Positions 40,480 to 51,302 of a stretch of 64,000 nucleotides of DNA are shown here, in pieces (the stretch's first letter is position 1; each line of letters begins with the position of its first letter). The notes under the pieces are model-generated. The model had not been told where the DNA came from. It worked only from the letters and a program-made list of their open reading frames with translations, and searched no databases. The stretch is taken from contig CAWCLO010000006.1 of NCBI GenBank assembly GCA_963796455.1, positions 192,001 through 256,000 on the forward strand. Reading direction: 5' to 3'. Both the position numbers and the translations under genes were made by a program. The DNA is from Candidatus Sulfomarinibacteraceae bacterium. Lineage in GTDB: Bacteria; Acidobacteriota; Thermoanaerobaculia; Thermoanaerobaculales; Sulfomarinibacteraceae.

Positions 40480-41650
40480 TTGAATATCCAGCCGAAGATT
40501 CGCCAGAATATCTGCCTGACCGCCCATCCCGACGGATGTCGCGAGCAGGTTCGGGAACAGATCGCCTACGTGCAGAGCCAACCGCCGATTGACGGACCGA
40601 AACGGGTTCTGGTCGTCGGCGCCTCCAACGGCTACGGATTGGCCGCGCGCATCGTGTCGGCGTTCTCCTGCTGGTGCTGCGACCGCCGGTGTGTTCCTCG
40701 AGCGCCCCGGCAACGAAAGGCGGACCGCGACTGTCGGCTGGTACAACAATGTCGCCTTCGAGGAAGAAGCCCGGGAGGCCGGCCTCGAAGCATTCAGCGT
40801 CAACGGCGATTCCTTTTCAACCGCGGTCAAAAACGAAACCATCGATCGCATCGCCGAGGAAATGGGCCCGGTTGACTGCGTGCTCTACAGCATCGCTGCG
40901 CCGCGGCGGATCGATGCCGAAACCGGCCAGATCTATTCGTCGGTGGTGAAGCCCATCGGCGAGGCCTTTCGCGGCAAGACGGTTGATATCAAGACCGGAA
41001 GTCTGTCCGACATGGTTGCCGAGCCCGCCACCGAAGAGGAGATCGCCGAAACCGTCAAGGTGATGGGCGGTGAGGACTGGATGGATTGGATCTTCGCGTT
41101 GCACGAACGGCAATTGCTGGCCCACGGCGCGCGGACCCTGGCGCTCTCCTATGTGGGTCCGGATATCACGGCCCCGATCTACCGCGACGGCACCATGGGC
41201 CGGGCGAAGAAACATCTGGAGGCGACAGCCGAGAAGATCAACCGGTGTTTTGCCGATCGGGATGTCCGGGCGGCCATCTCCGTCAACAAGGCGCTGGTGA
41301 CCCGGGCGAGCGCCGTGATCCCGACCGTGACGCTCTACATTTCACTTCTGTATTCGGTGATGAAGCGCAAGGGCATTCACGAAGGCTGCATCGAGCAGAT
41401 GTATCGCCTCTATCGTGACTACCTCTATACGGACAGCCCGAAAGCTCTCGACTCCGCCGGGCGGATCCGCCTGGATGATTGGGAGATGCGTGAGGATGTC
41501 CAGCGGGAGGTCGCCGAACTGTGGCAGCAGCTGAAAGAGACTTCAGAAACTCAGGTTGCCGAAATCGACGAGTTTCGCAACGAGTTCCTCAAACACCACG
41601 GTTTTGACATGCCTGGTGTCGATTACAGCTTGGATGTGATCACGTTCTAG
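40480..41650 (+). CDS. fabV: Enoyl-ACP / trans-2-enoyl-CoA reductase FabV/Ter (frameshift near 40667)
   Basis: TTG start; [60 protein letters not shown]. Confidence 0.9.
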
Positions 41651-41688
41651 CCGCATCCGTGTAATCTGGCGGTGCTGAGGGGGAATCA

Positions 41689-42912
41689 ATGCAAGCACCG
41701 CCTTTGGACGACCCGTTTGACGCTTTTTGCACCGACAGCAGCGCCTACCTGAAGGGCTCAGCGTCGGGAGAGCTCGCCGGGCTGAGCTTTGCGGCCAAGG
41801 ACATTTTCGATGTGGCCGGCCACACCACCGGTGGCGGCAGCCCGGACTGGAAAGCCACCCATCGACCCGCCGAAGAGACCGCCTGGGCGGTGCAGGCTCT
41901 GGTCGACGCCGGCGCCACGATGGTCGGCAAGACGATCACCGACGAGCTGACCCGGGGCGTCCTCGGCGAGAATTTCCATGGCGGCACCCCGATCAACCCC
42001 CGCGCTCCGGGGCGGGTGCCGGGCGGCTCATCGAGCGGTTCAGCGGCCGCTGTGGCGGGTGGCCTGGTTGACTTCGCGCTCGGCAGCGATACCGGTGGTT
42101 CGGTGCGCGCACCCGCCTCCTTCTGCGGTCTCTACGGTCTGCGCCCCACCCATGGCCGGATCCCGTTGCACGGCGTCATGGGCAATGCGCGCAGTCTCGA
42201 CACCGTGGGCTGGTTCGCCCGCGAAGCCGAACTCTTCGCCAAAGTTGGCAGCGTGTTGTTACGGACCGAGATACCCGAATCGAGGCTCCGCAAAATAGTT
42301 GTCGCCGACGACGCCTTCGAGATCGCCGATGCTCAAGTTCGTGAGGCATTGCAACCGGTCGTCGCGAAAATTTCGTCGTTGGTCGGCAGCTCGTCCCACG
42401 GACGGCTGGCACCCGTCCCTCTCGAGGATCTCCCCTATCCATTCGGGGTCTTGCAGGGCTCCGAGGCGTGGCAGACCTATGGCGACTGGATCGACACCGT
42501 CGACCCGAGACTCGGCTTCGAGGTGGCGGCGCGCTTTGCGGCCGGTCGCGGATTCACCGACGACGAACGCCGGCGGGCGCAGTCGGTGCGAGAACACGTT
42601 GTCCGGCACGTCGAGGAAGCGCTGGATTCAGGCGTCGTCATCTGCCTGCCGACGATGCCCTTCCCGGCTCCAGAGCGAGGTCTGAATCTGTCCGAACGGC
42701 GAGCGATTCACCAACGGATCGATGCCCTTGTCGACGTCGCCGGCTGGGCTGGTACGCCGCAGATGAGTTTGCCGCTGGCCGAGGTCGATGGGCTCCCGGT
42801 GGGTCTGTCCTTGATCGGTGCCAGGGGATCGGACGAGATGCTCCTCGCTTTTGGCCGCGAGATCGCGAGATCCCGAAGCCTTCACAGCTTGATCGCCGCG
42901 CCCCTGCGGTAA
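41689..42912 (+). CDS. Amidase-signature enzyme
   Basis: FAAKDIFD, PGGSSSGSAAAVA, GSDTGGSVRAPASFCG. Confidence 0.92.
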   Translation: MQAPPLDDPFDAFCTDSSAYLKGSASGELAGLSFAAKDIFDVAGHTTGGGSPDWKATHRPAEETAWAVQALVDAGATMVGKTITDELTRGVLGENFHGGTPINPRAPGRVPGGSSSGSAAAVAGGLVDFALGSDTGGSVRAPASFCGLYGLRPTHGRIPLHGVMGNARSLDTVGWFAREAELFAKVGSVLLRTEIPESRLRKIVVADDAFEIADAQVREALQPVVAKISSLVGSSSHGRLAPVPLEDLPYPFGVLQGSEAWQTYGDWIDTVDPRLGFEVAARFAAGRGFTDDERRRAQSVREHVVRHVEEALDSGVVICLPTMPFPAPERGLNLSERRAIHQRIDALVDVAGWAGTPQMSLPLAEVDGLPVGLSLIGARGSDEMLLAFGREIARSRSLHSLIAAPLR

Positions 42913-42949
42913 GATTGAGAGAGACGATTGATCTCGCCGCGAGGAGAAG

Positions 42950-43672
42950 ATGCTCGAAAAACGACCCTTGGTGCTGGTGGCCGGAATCGGGCGGAGTTCT
43001 TTTGACGAGCTTGCCCCGGTTCTCGACCGCCACAAGCTCGAGGTGGTGCAGGTCACCTCGGCCGAAGATTCCACCAAGCTCGCCCATTCCGAGCAGATCG
43101 AACTCATCATCCTCGACGCTGAACCAAAGGAGATGAGCCTCGAGCAGGTGGTTCGAACGATCCGGGCGGAATCCTCGGCTTCCAACAAGGCCTCACTCCT
43201 CGTCCTGGCCAGAGCCGGCAGCGAGGACGAAGCTCGCCAACTCATCGGACATGGAGTCAATCGGGTCATGCTTGCGGTCGACCCGCCAAAACTCATCGCC
43301 CAACAGGTCGCCGAGCTGCTCGATATCGCGCCTCGAACAACGCTGCGCTTGTCCACCCGGCTCCTGGTCGAGGTGGCCGACGGCTCGGAGGAGACTCTCG
43401 GGGCCGTCGTCAACCTGTCGTCGACCGGTTTCCTGTTGGAGACGGATGCGGATTTCGAACCCGGCCAGCACATCATCCTCTCGATCGATATCGACAATCA
43501 AACCGACCCGCTGTCGGCCAAGGCCGAGGTCGTGCGCCGGACCGACCCGGACCGTGATGGCCTCGAGGGCATCGGTGTGAGATTTCTCAAATTCGCCGGT
43601 GATGGACGCAAACGACTCGACACCATCCTCGATGTCGCTTTCCACGACACTCCCACTATGACCCCGACCTGA
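42950..43672 (+). CDS. Receiver-like + PilZ domain protein
   Basis: LIILD receiver-like N-terminus; PilZ motifs RTTLR (RxxxR) and NLSSTG; GIGVRF. Confidence 0.8.
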   Translation: MLEKRPLVLVAGIGRSSFDELAPVLDRHKLEVVQVTSAEDSTKLAHSEQIELIILDAEPKEMSLEQVVRTIRAESSASNKASLLVLARAGSEDEARQLIGHGVNRVMLAVDPPKLIAQQVAELLDIAPRTTLRLSTRLLVEVADGSEETLGAVVNLSSTGFLLETDADFEPGQHIILSIDIDNQTDPLSAKAEVVRRTDPDRDGLEGIGVRFLKFAGDGRKRLDTILDVAFHDTPTMTPT

Positions 43673-43706
43673 TCCCGGATTTCCTCAGGTCGGTGCGGGA
43701 TATCGG

Positions 43707-43733
43707 AAAAAAAGGGGTGGGAAAACCCCACCC
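43707..43733 (-). terminator. Rho-independent terminator for the 43761-44258 gene
   Basis: Minus strand GGGTGGG-GTTTT-CCCACCC followed by C and T7. Confidence 0.7.
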
Positions 43734-43760
43734 GATAGAGCGCTTGAAAATAGACGACGA

Positions 43761-44258
43761 TTAGGGAATCGAGTAGCTGTTTTCGAATGAGCCTAAGGAT
43801 CCCACGCCGGGGAAATCCGCCTCGGTCATCCAACTGCCTTTGCCTTTGATCCCATCAAAACGACCAAAGCCCCCGAAATAGCCAAAGACCCCACACAGTG
43901 CCGGACAGTCGGCGGTGGCTGCTTTTTCAACCTGCCACCAGTAAGAAAACCCGTGCCCGTCAGTGGTCTTGGCAAAACACGAACCGGAACCGGACGTCAC
44001 CACCCCGTCGGCACCGATCCGTAGCTCTCCAAAACAATCGGCCAGCGTATTGTTCGAAGGGTGGTCTGGATCAGCGGTCAGCATCGCACTGGTGTAGTGA
44101 ACCAACTGGACCATTGAACCATCCGCCATTTCAGTCATTTCCTGAACATTGAAATGGTTCGTAAAGTGCCCTTTTCCGGATCCGGAATCCCCCGCCACAG
44201 CGGTCAGTGATCCGGCAACGACAACAACGGCCAACGCAATCACAACTCTTTTCGACAT
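43761..44258 (-). CDS. Secreted beta-strand-rich hypothetical protein (possibly AOC/dirigent-like barrel)
   Basis: Signal peptide; GGFGRFDGIKGKG resembles the GGTG.F.G..G motif; 4 Cys. Confidence 0.65.
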   Translation of the reverse strand: MSKRVVIALAVVVVAGSLTAVAGDSGSGKGHFTNHFNVQEMTEMADGSMVQLVHYTSAMLTADPDHPSNNTLADCFGELRIGADGVVTSGSGSCFAKTTDGHGFSYWWQVEKAATADCPALCGVFGYFGGFGRFDGIKGKGSWMTEADFPGVGSLGSFENSYSIP

Positions 44259-44469
44259 ATTTCCCCCTTTGGTTTCGGGCCGTCGGTGGCCGGCTCCATT
44301 GCATCACCTTTGTCCACCACGCCACCGCGCGATGATCAACCGCATTTGAATATTTAGAGACAGAGTCTTAGTATCGACTAAAACCCGCCATTGTCAAGCA
44401 ATCGAACACTCATGAGGCTCGACATCCCGGTGCAGCGTTTCGGTCTGAATCAACCCCGGGGGAACGTTT

Positions 44470-46998
44470 TCACCGCCCCGCCGCCTCGATCACGAGGACC
44501 AACTCCGCGGTTTCGCCGTCTGTTGCTGAAACCACCAGTTTGACGGTAACCGGGTAGGAGGCGAGTACCAGCTTTTTCCCGTCCACCCTGGTTTCGAAGG
44601 ACGGGTCGCCACCGTCTGCAATGCGCGCAGTGAGATCGATGGTTTTCTGCTGGATCTGGTTGCCACCGGCATCGACCGCCGTCATCACCACCCGTTCGAC
44701 ACCGGTCCCGGTGACGCCGCACGAGATCTTGAAGTCCTGGGCGAGGAAGGAGCCACCCCACCTGCTGCGGGTGATTGCGATCGCAAATTGTCCGGACGGG
44801 GCCTCCGCCCGGCGAAGCTCTACCGGAACATCGGCCGGCGCCTGTTCCGCCGCCGACGATCGATCCTCCGATGAAACGGCGGCGTCTTCGGCAGGTTTAT
44901 CGTCGCGCGAGCCGCCGAGCAGATTGCCGAGAACGTTGTCGAGCTCACGTTCGATGGTGCGGCGCGCGACTCCCTCGGCGGCCGCTCCCCAATCGACGCT
45001 CGCACCGGTTCCGTCGAGCGGACCGCTCAAACCCAGCGGCAGAACCACCCGGCCGCTTGCAGCATCCCAGAAGAGCTCCGCTGCACGGCTGCTCTCCTCC
45101 TTCATCCAGCCGCTGACCTCGGGAGAAAACTGAAGCTGAAAAGCACCGTTCATTACGCTCGACAGCATGTCCACGGTTCCCGTACCGGTGAGGTCGAAGG
45201 ACTCCGACTCGAGCAATACGCTCTCCAGGTTGAGGGTCCCGCCGCTGATCTGGAAGTTGCCGGCGAGCTGGCTGAATTCTGTCGCGCCGGTTGCCGATTC
45301 CGAAGCGAGATTGGCGAGGGTGCGCTGGCCCAGCACGCCCGCCACCTGACCTACCGAGCGCAAAACATCGAGTTTGCCCACCTGGCCATCGTTGATCCTC
45401 GCCGTGCCCTCTCCCTCGAGGGATCGAATCATGGATGTCGGATCGGCACCCGCACCGCTCCCGGCGATCCGGCCGGTAAAGCGCCCGAACAAGACCTCGT
45501 TCATCCCCATCTGATCGGCCACAAAGGGATTCATGTCAATATTTTCTGCCTCACCGGAGAACTCGAAAGATTGCGGCACCCTGGCCAGATCGCTCGCCAG
45601 GCGGCCGTTGAATCGGCCGTCGTAGAGTTCCATCGATACCGGTTCGAGGGTCGCAACCCCATTTTCCAATCGCACCCTGGCTTCGAGGTTGCGGAAACGA
45701 AGCGTGTCCCACGAGCCCTCGGCCACCTCGAGCGTGCCGTTGGCCACACCTCGCATCACAAAGCTGTCCGGATCGGGTGGGCTCTGGTTCGCTGTTTCGC
45801 CTGGCTCACCGCCGGCGACCAGACCGAGCAGTTCACCAAGATCGGCTCGTTGTGATTCGATGTTGAAATCGAGGGTCGGCCGCTCGGCCGCCGCAATTCG
45901 GAGGGTACCGGAAAAATCACTTCCGCCAACCTTGGCTCGCAGCCCTTCCAACGCGACCGTGGTGCCGCGCAGTGTTGCCACAGCGGCGAGATCGGTGATG
46001 TCCTGGGTCAGACTTTCCGATTTGAAGGTGAGCCCGTCAAGCGTGGCGCGACCGGTGATCTCGGGCAAACGACCCTCGCTCAACGCCCCGTGGACCCCTG
46101 CTTCGATTCCCACCGGGCGGCGACCGGAGAGCGACATACCGGTGTCTCCTGCGGCCTTTTCCAGCAGCGACGAGAGATCGGACACATCGATATCGGTCGG
46201 TTGCAGATCAATATCGATCTGGTGACCATCGGGTAACGCCTTCACCGTGCCCGAGAGGACCACCGCCGTCTTACCCACAACCAACTCGAAATGCTCGAGC
46301 TCCACGGTATCGCCCCCACCCCGGACCGCGAGATCGATCGTACCGACCTCCAGGTGGACTGGATCCGGGCCGAGAGCGGCATCGCCCACATCGATCATTC
46401 CACGCGCCACCGCAATGCGAACATCTTCGCCGCCAAAATCCGAAACCTCGAGGTCGAGATCAGTGAGCGCCACCTCGAGAGGTTGCGCTTGGGATCTGGA
46501 TGCATCGGTGACGCTCAATCGGCCACCCCGAATCTGGATCGCATCGATCGTCACATCGGCGACCGGGCCGGCATCGGCTTCTTCGCCGCCTTCCGAGATA
46601 TCGTCATCGCCCCCCCCGAGATCAAAATTCCAATTGCCGTTGGCATCACGGACGAGGTTGACGGCCGGTTCCACCAGCACGATCGAGGTAACTTCCAGGC
46701 GTTTCTGGAGCAACGGTTTGAGCCGGGCCCCGATGCGTAAACTGCGCATGCTGAGAAGATCGCCCTCACCTTCGCCGGGTCGCGCAGCCACAGCCACATC
46801 ATCGACAGTCAGGCCAAAGACCGGGAGGAACGACAACCTGATCGAACCGAGGCGGACATCGCGGCCGAGCACCTCTTCGACCCTGGTCTCGATGTAACCG
46901 CCGAAGCTGTCGGCATCAACAACAAAAAACAAAATGGCAACGGCGAGAACGAAGACCGCCGCAAATGCAGCGACGGCGATCAAGATTTTCTTTTTCAT
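44470..46998 (-). CDS. AsmA family protein
   Basis: N-terminal TM, GRDVRLG..LVEPAVNLVRDANGNWNF, LYDGRFNG, glycine-rich beta-taco repeats. Confidence 0.85.
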   Translation of the reverse strand: MKKKILIAVAAFAAVFVLAVAILFFVVDADSFGGYIETRVEEVLGRDVRLGSIRLSFLPVFGLTVDDVAVAARPGEGEGDLLSMRSLRIGARLKPLLQKRLEVTSIVLVEPAVNLVRDANGNWNFDLGGGDDDISEGGEEADAGPVADVTIDAIQIRGGRLSVTDASRSQAQPLEVALTDLDLEVSDFGGEDVRIAVARGMIDVGDAALGPDPVHLEVGTIDLAVRGGGDTVELEHFELVVGKTAVVLSGTVKALPDGHQIDIDLQPTDIDVSDLSSLLEKAAGDTGMSLSGRRPVGIEAGVHGALSEGRLPEITGRATLDGLTFKSESLTQDITDLAAVATLRGTTVALEGLRAKVGGSDFSGTLRIAAAERPTLDFNIESQRADLGELLGLVAGGEPGETANQSPPDPDSFVMRGVANGTLEVAEGSWDTLRFRNLEARVRLENGVATLEPVSMELYDGRFNGRLASDLARVPQSFEFSGEAENIDMNPFVADQMGMNEVLFGRFTGRIAGSGAGADPTSMIRSLEGEGTARINDGQVGKLDVLRSVGQVAGVLGQRTLANLASESATGATEFSQLAGNFQISGGTLNLESVLLESESFDLTGTGTVDMLSSVMNGAFQLQFSPEVSGWMKEESSRAAELFWDAASGRVVLPLGLSGPLDGTGASVDWGAAAEGVARRTIERELDNVLGNLLGGSRDDKPAEDAAVSSEDRSSAAEQAPADVPVELRRAEAPSGQFAIAITRSRWGGSFLAQDFKISCGVTGTGVERVVMTAVDAGGNQIQQKTIDLTARIADGGDPSFETRVDGKKLVLASYPVTVKLVVSATDGETAELVLVIEAAGR

Positions 46999-47447
46999 TC
47001 AATTCTCCCGGGGAATTCTCTCCTACACCTTGACATGATTTCGGTGCCGGCAGTCACATACTGCAAAAGATCGAATTTTCTCTTGTATCTGCGATTGGTT
47101 TTGATTTCATTTACATATTCAACAATCAAAGACTGAAGAAGTCACCAGAAGCCTGCTTCGAGGTGCCTGCAAAGCATCTCGTTCAACCGCGATTTCAATT
47201 CGAATCGATCCCAAAGCGATCAACCGGGATCGCGGCGCACGTCGTTTCTCGACCGAGCATTGTGCCACCTGTTCAGCCAAATCGCCCGGGCTCCACGCCC
47301 TGTCATTTCGAAACCTGCGCGGCATTTGTCGCGTAACTCGTTCTGACTCGATCAGGAGATCTGTCTCCTCGAGGGCAGATGAATCTTTTGACATTTCGCA
47401 AAATACCGACAAGACCTTCGTACCCAGGTGTCGGCAGGGAGCATTCC

Positions 47448-48011
47448 ATGATTCAAGACCATCACGTCCTCGGTCCTCGTTATTCAACGATCCTTTTGGT
47501 CCTGTGTGTATTGGTCACCGCCGGCGGTTCCGCAGCTCCCGGTCAGAAAAATGAACCGACCACTCAGAACACCGGCCAACCGCAACTCATCGAGAAGATT
47601 GTCTACGACTCGATCGCCTGGGCCCTGACCAAGGATCGCGCACGACTCGAAAGCATCATCGCCCACGACGACGACTACTTCTCCTTCCACCCCGACGGGT
47701 TGGACGGGGTGCACGGTTATGCCGAGTTCGAACAGGGTTTCGATCTGTGGATGGATCCGCGATTCGAAGCGACCACCACGGAGGTCCGACAGTTCCGCTG
47801 CCACCTCTCGCGATCGGGAAATGTCGCCTGGTTCTCCGCTATCCTCGATGACTGCTTCACCTGGGACGGGCGGCCAGGTTGCTGGAAGGACACGCGCTGG
47901 ACCGGCGTGCTCGAGAAACGCGAGGGAAAGTGGTTGATCGTGCAGATGCACTTCTCCTTTGCGGCGGATCGCAACAACAACTCTCCCTCCGAGGACGAGA
48001 CAATGGAGTAG
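47448..48011 (+). CDS. Secreted NTF2/SnoaL-like protein
   Basis: GNVAWFS..DTRWTGVLEKREGKWLIVQMHFS. Confidence 0.8.
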   Translation: MIQDHHVLGPRYSTILLVLCVLVTAGGSAAPGQKNEPTTQNTGQPQLIEKIVYDSIAWALTKDRARLESIIAHDDDYFSFHPDGLDGVHGYAEFEQGFDLWMDPRFEATTTEVRQFRCHLSRSGNVAWFSAILDDCFTWDGRPGCWKDTRWTGVLEKREGKWLIVQMHFSFAADRNNNSPSEDETME

Positions 48012-48040
48012 GGTCGAAAGGGCACCGAAAGGACAGGACG

Positions 48041-48733
48041 ATGAGAACCATCGGTTTGGTTGGCGGCATGACCCCCGAGTCCACCGGCATTTATTACAGA
48101 CTGCTGATTCAGGGCGCCAGAAAACCGGCCGGCGATCCTCTCGAAAACCCCGAAGTGGTCATCTACAGCCTCAACCTCACCGAGGTTGTTCAATTGCAGC
48201 GCCTGGGCGATCGGCGGGAAGTTGCCGCCTACCTCGCTACCATTCTGGAACGGCTCAGGTCAGCCGGCGCCGAGGTCGGAGCCCTGACCGCCAACACGCC
48301 CCACGTCTACCTCGACGAGATCCGGGCAGAGACTGCCCTCCCCCTGGTCAGTATCGTCTCGGCCACCCGGGATGCCGCCCGCGATGGTGGTCTCAGACGA
48401 GCCCTCCTCCTGGGAACCAGGACGACCATGGAGGCGGAGATGTACCCTCACGAATTTGCCGAGGCGGGAATCGAAATCGTCCTCCCCGACCAAGAAGATC
48501 GCGAGTTCCTGGATCACACCATCTATGGCGAGCTGGCGCTCGGCAAGGTCAGACCCTTGGTTCGACAACGCACCCACGACATCTGCACCCGGCACATCGA
48601 AGAGGACGGTGTCGACTGCGTGATCCTCGGTTGCACCGAACTCCCGCTCGTGATCTCCCGCGACGATTTTTCGATCGAGGTGTTGGACACCACCGAGATC
48701 CACGTCAAGGCGATCCTCGCCGCGGCCTCCTGA
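48041..48733 (+). CDS. Aspartate/glutamate racemase family protein
   Basis: MRTIGLVGGMTPESTGIYY, ANTPH, LLGTRTTM, ILGCTELP. Confidence 0.9.
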   Translation: MRTIGLVGGMTPESTGIYYRLLIQGARKPAGDPLENPEVVIYSLNLTEVVQLQRLGDRREVAAYLATILERLRSAGAEVGALTANTPHVYLDEIRAETALPLVSIVSATRDAARDGGLRRALLLGTRTTMEAEMYPHEFAEAGIEIVLPDQEDREFLDHTIYGELALGKVRPLVRQRTHDICTRHIEEDGVDCVILGCTELPLVISRDDFSIEVLDTTEIHVKAILAAAS

Positions 48734-48745
48734 TCGCTTTCGTCC

Positions 48746-49321
48746 TCACATCGCCGGCGGATCGATGGCGTCCGGCACCTGATTCGAAACAGCCGGAATC
48801 GATTGCAGGTAAGCAAAGATCGCCTGGAGGTCTTCCTCCGTGGCCATCGCGAGATTGAACCACGGCATCGGCGGCAAAATGGGGCGTCCGATGCCCCGGT
48901 GCGTTCCGGTCCGCATCCCTGCAATGAATTCCTCCTCGGCCCAGTCACCGAGACCGGTGTCCTCATCCGGTGTGAGGTTGGCCGCGAAGCTGACGCCCCA
49001 CGGTCCTACCGTCGCGGATAAATGTTCGTTGAACCGCACCCACTCTCCCGGACCCACATTGTCGAAGGTATAGTCCGGCAATTCGAGGTCCTCGGGGTGG
49101 CCTGAAAGCAACCTTCCCTGATCCAGACTCGCACCACCACCCGAAAAGACCTTGGGCGTGTGGCAGTCGTTGCATCCTCCAATCGTCACGAGGTACTGGC
49201 CGCGTTCGACCATCTCCGCCGCCGTCGGCGGAAGGGGGTCGCTCGGCAGGCAGGCTCCGAGCAGAATCGTCCCGCCGAGCATCAGCACTCCAGCTACCGA
49301 AAAAGAACGCGCGTACTTCAT
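48746..49321 (-). CDS. c-type cytochrome lipoprotein
   Basis: LGAC lipobox; VERGQYLV..CNDCHTP; AANLTPD..TGLG.W; PPMPW (Met ligand candidate). Confidence 0.85.
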   Translation of the reverse strand: MKYARSFSVAGVLMLGGTILLGACLPSDPLPPTAAEMVERGQYLVTIGGCNDCHTPKVFSGGGASLDQGRLLSGHPEDLELPDYTFDNVGPGEWVRFNEHLSATVGPWGVSFAANLTPDEDTGLGDWAEEEFIAGMRTGTHRGIGRPILPPMPWFNLAMATEEDLQAIFAYLQSIPAVSNQVPDAIDPPAM

Positions 49322-49582
49322 GGTTTCCTCCAGGCACGCTCGATGTGTTGTTCTGTTGATCAGGTTGAAATGTAGAGACTGAATCGCAGAATGTCAATGA
49401 AGTCTCCGCGGCACCCCATTGAATTCCACTGACGACAAGCTCATCCCTCACTCCAAAGGGCGCAACTCAACAACCAAACAATGTGAACCCTTTGTGCGTC
49501 GCTCCGATAGCATTCGGCTCCGCTTTGACACAATGGTGTTGGACCGCATCGACCGAACATGACGCCAAGGGAGGGGATCGCG

Positions 49583-51142
49583 GTGAAAGTTGCCGGCCAC
49601 TGGTGGATTCTGATCGCAGCGGTAGCGGTCGCTTCTGCCAGCGGCTGCACGCACAGTGGCCCCGACCCGTTCATCTACGGGCCGGAAGATATGGGGCGCG
49701 AACGGGCATGGCCGCCCGATTGCTTCACGGCCCCACTCGCGGGCTGCGTCGACGACCCCACTCAACGCGACCCGATCGACCGCCTGGCGTCACCCTGGAG
49801 CGAGGTTTTCGGGCCCGATCTTGCCCATCGCATCTGTCGAGGTGATAGCGAAGCCCGACGGAGATGGCTGGATGGGGCGCGTCAGCTCGCCGAGAGCGAC
49901 CCACGCGAGCCAATCTACCTTCAGTTCCTCGACCGCTGCTCCTCGTCAGACTTCTGCGACTGGGCGATCGAGATGGCCGGCAGCGATCTCGAAGCCCTTC
50001 CGGCTCGCAACCTTTTGTTCGAAAGTGCGCGTCGGTGGTGCCCCGAGGTTCTCGAACCCGACACCCTGGACCGGATCGGATCGAGTCTCGGTCGATCCGT
50101 TGCAAACGAGCCACCTTGGGTCACGAACAGCCAACAGATCCAATGTAAGGGCGTCTCGATACAAAAAGATCCCTGGCCGGACATGGTCGATCTCCACAAG
50201 GCTGGGTGCCTGGATCTCACTCAGTGGATCGAGCACCATCGCGACACGATCGATGAAACCGCGGCCGCCCTCGAGCGCTGCGTGCAGGGCAGCGAGATCC
50301 GCTACCAGGAAGCAAATTGTCTGCGCGAACTGGCCGGCCTCGACCGCGAACGAGCCGTCGCGTTGGTGCGTTCGGATGACCGCCGTGGGTGGGGAATCTC
50401 GTCGACGATCACGCGCTACGCCCGTGTCCTGTTGCGTTTCCCCGAAGCAGGTCAGCTCGAGGCCGAGCTGGCCCGACTCGGGCTCCTCCCCGTCCGGTCA
50501 ATGCCAACGGCCGTCCCTGGACTGTCGCCGGTGCTTCCAGTCGAGGTGCTCGAGCAACGCGGCCGGCTTGCCAGATTCAACCCCGGTTGTTCGGCTCGTT
50601 ACTGCGAACACTCGCCCTTGATCTACCAACTCATCGACCTCGTGTCACCCGTGCTCGATGAAGTCGTGATCGAAGAACGATGGCCGGCCCTCGAGGCAGC
50701 CGACCTCGGATCCGGACCGAAATCGGTCTCGACCTCGATCGGTGGGATTCCGGTCACGCTCGGAGTAGAAGATCACGAAGACCGCGGTTTCGACCGTGAG
50801 GACCACGATCGGTTACGGGCCGCCATCGAGAGCGCACGCGAACAGCCACACCTCCTGACCGCATACTCCGGCGGACACGCCTACCGGCTGCAGATTCGCA
50901 ACCTGGGCGACTGGTACGACCTCGAAACCATACTGGGTGGACTGAACTCGATCCTCTCCGATCTCGGCAGCGATCTCCGGTATGCGACTCTGGACCCACA
51001 TTGCATACCCTGTGCACAGGTCGTTGCTGGTCCGCAAAAAGGCCTGATCGACGCCGCCTTCAAAGGATTGATCGAAGTGACCGATCCGTTCAAGGAGCTG
51101 TGGACACAACGCGGTTTCGATTCCAACCGGGTCCTTCCTTGA
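49583..51142 (+). CDS. Cys-rich hypothetical lipoprotein
   Basis: GGAGG RBS, GTG start, ASGC lipobox, many Cys. Confidence 0.7.
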   Translation: MKVAGHWWILIAAVAVASASGCTHSGPDPFIYGPEDMGRERAWPPDCFTAPLAGCVDDPTQRDPIDRLASPWSEVFGPDLAHRICRGDSEARRRWLDGARQLAESDPREPIYLQFLDRCSSSDFCDWAIEMAGSDLEALPARNLLFESARRWCPEVLEPDTLDRIGSSLGRSVANEPPWVTNSQQIQCKGVSIQKDPWPDMVDLHKAGCLDLTQWIEHHRDTIDETAAALERCVQGSEIRYQEANCLRELAGLDRERAVALVRSDDRRGWGISSTITRYARVLLRFPEAGQLEAELARLGLLPVRSMPTAVPGLSPVLPVEVLEQRGRLARFNPGCSARYCEHSPLIYQLIDLVSPVLDEVVIEERWPALEAADLGSGPKSVSTSIGGIPVTLGVEDHEDRGFDREDHDRLRAAIESAREQPHLLTAYSGGHAYRLQIRNLGDWYDLETILGGLNSILSDLGSDLRYATLDPHCIPCAQVVAGPQKGLIDAAFKGLIEVTDPFKELWTQRGFDSNRVLP

Positions 51143-51302
51143 GCCTGGATGCCGTCACAACGAGCGCCGCTACCACCGCCGTGCCCTGGGTCGACCTCAT
51201 CGATCGAAGAATGGTGCAGCCCCAGTTATCCGGTCACGTTGGGATCGTCTGATCCGAGGCACCAGAAAAAACCCAATGTTCCGCACGGCGTAAAATAGGG
51301 CG

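Noticed and set aside
47119..47487. Minus-strand 122-aa ORF between asmA and the NTF2 gene
   Set aside because: No recognisable motif or clear RBS, and it overlaps the next gene's start
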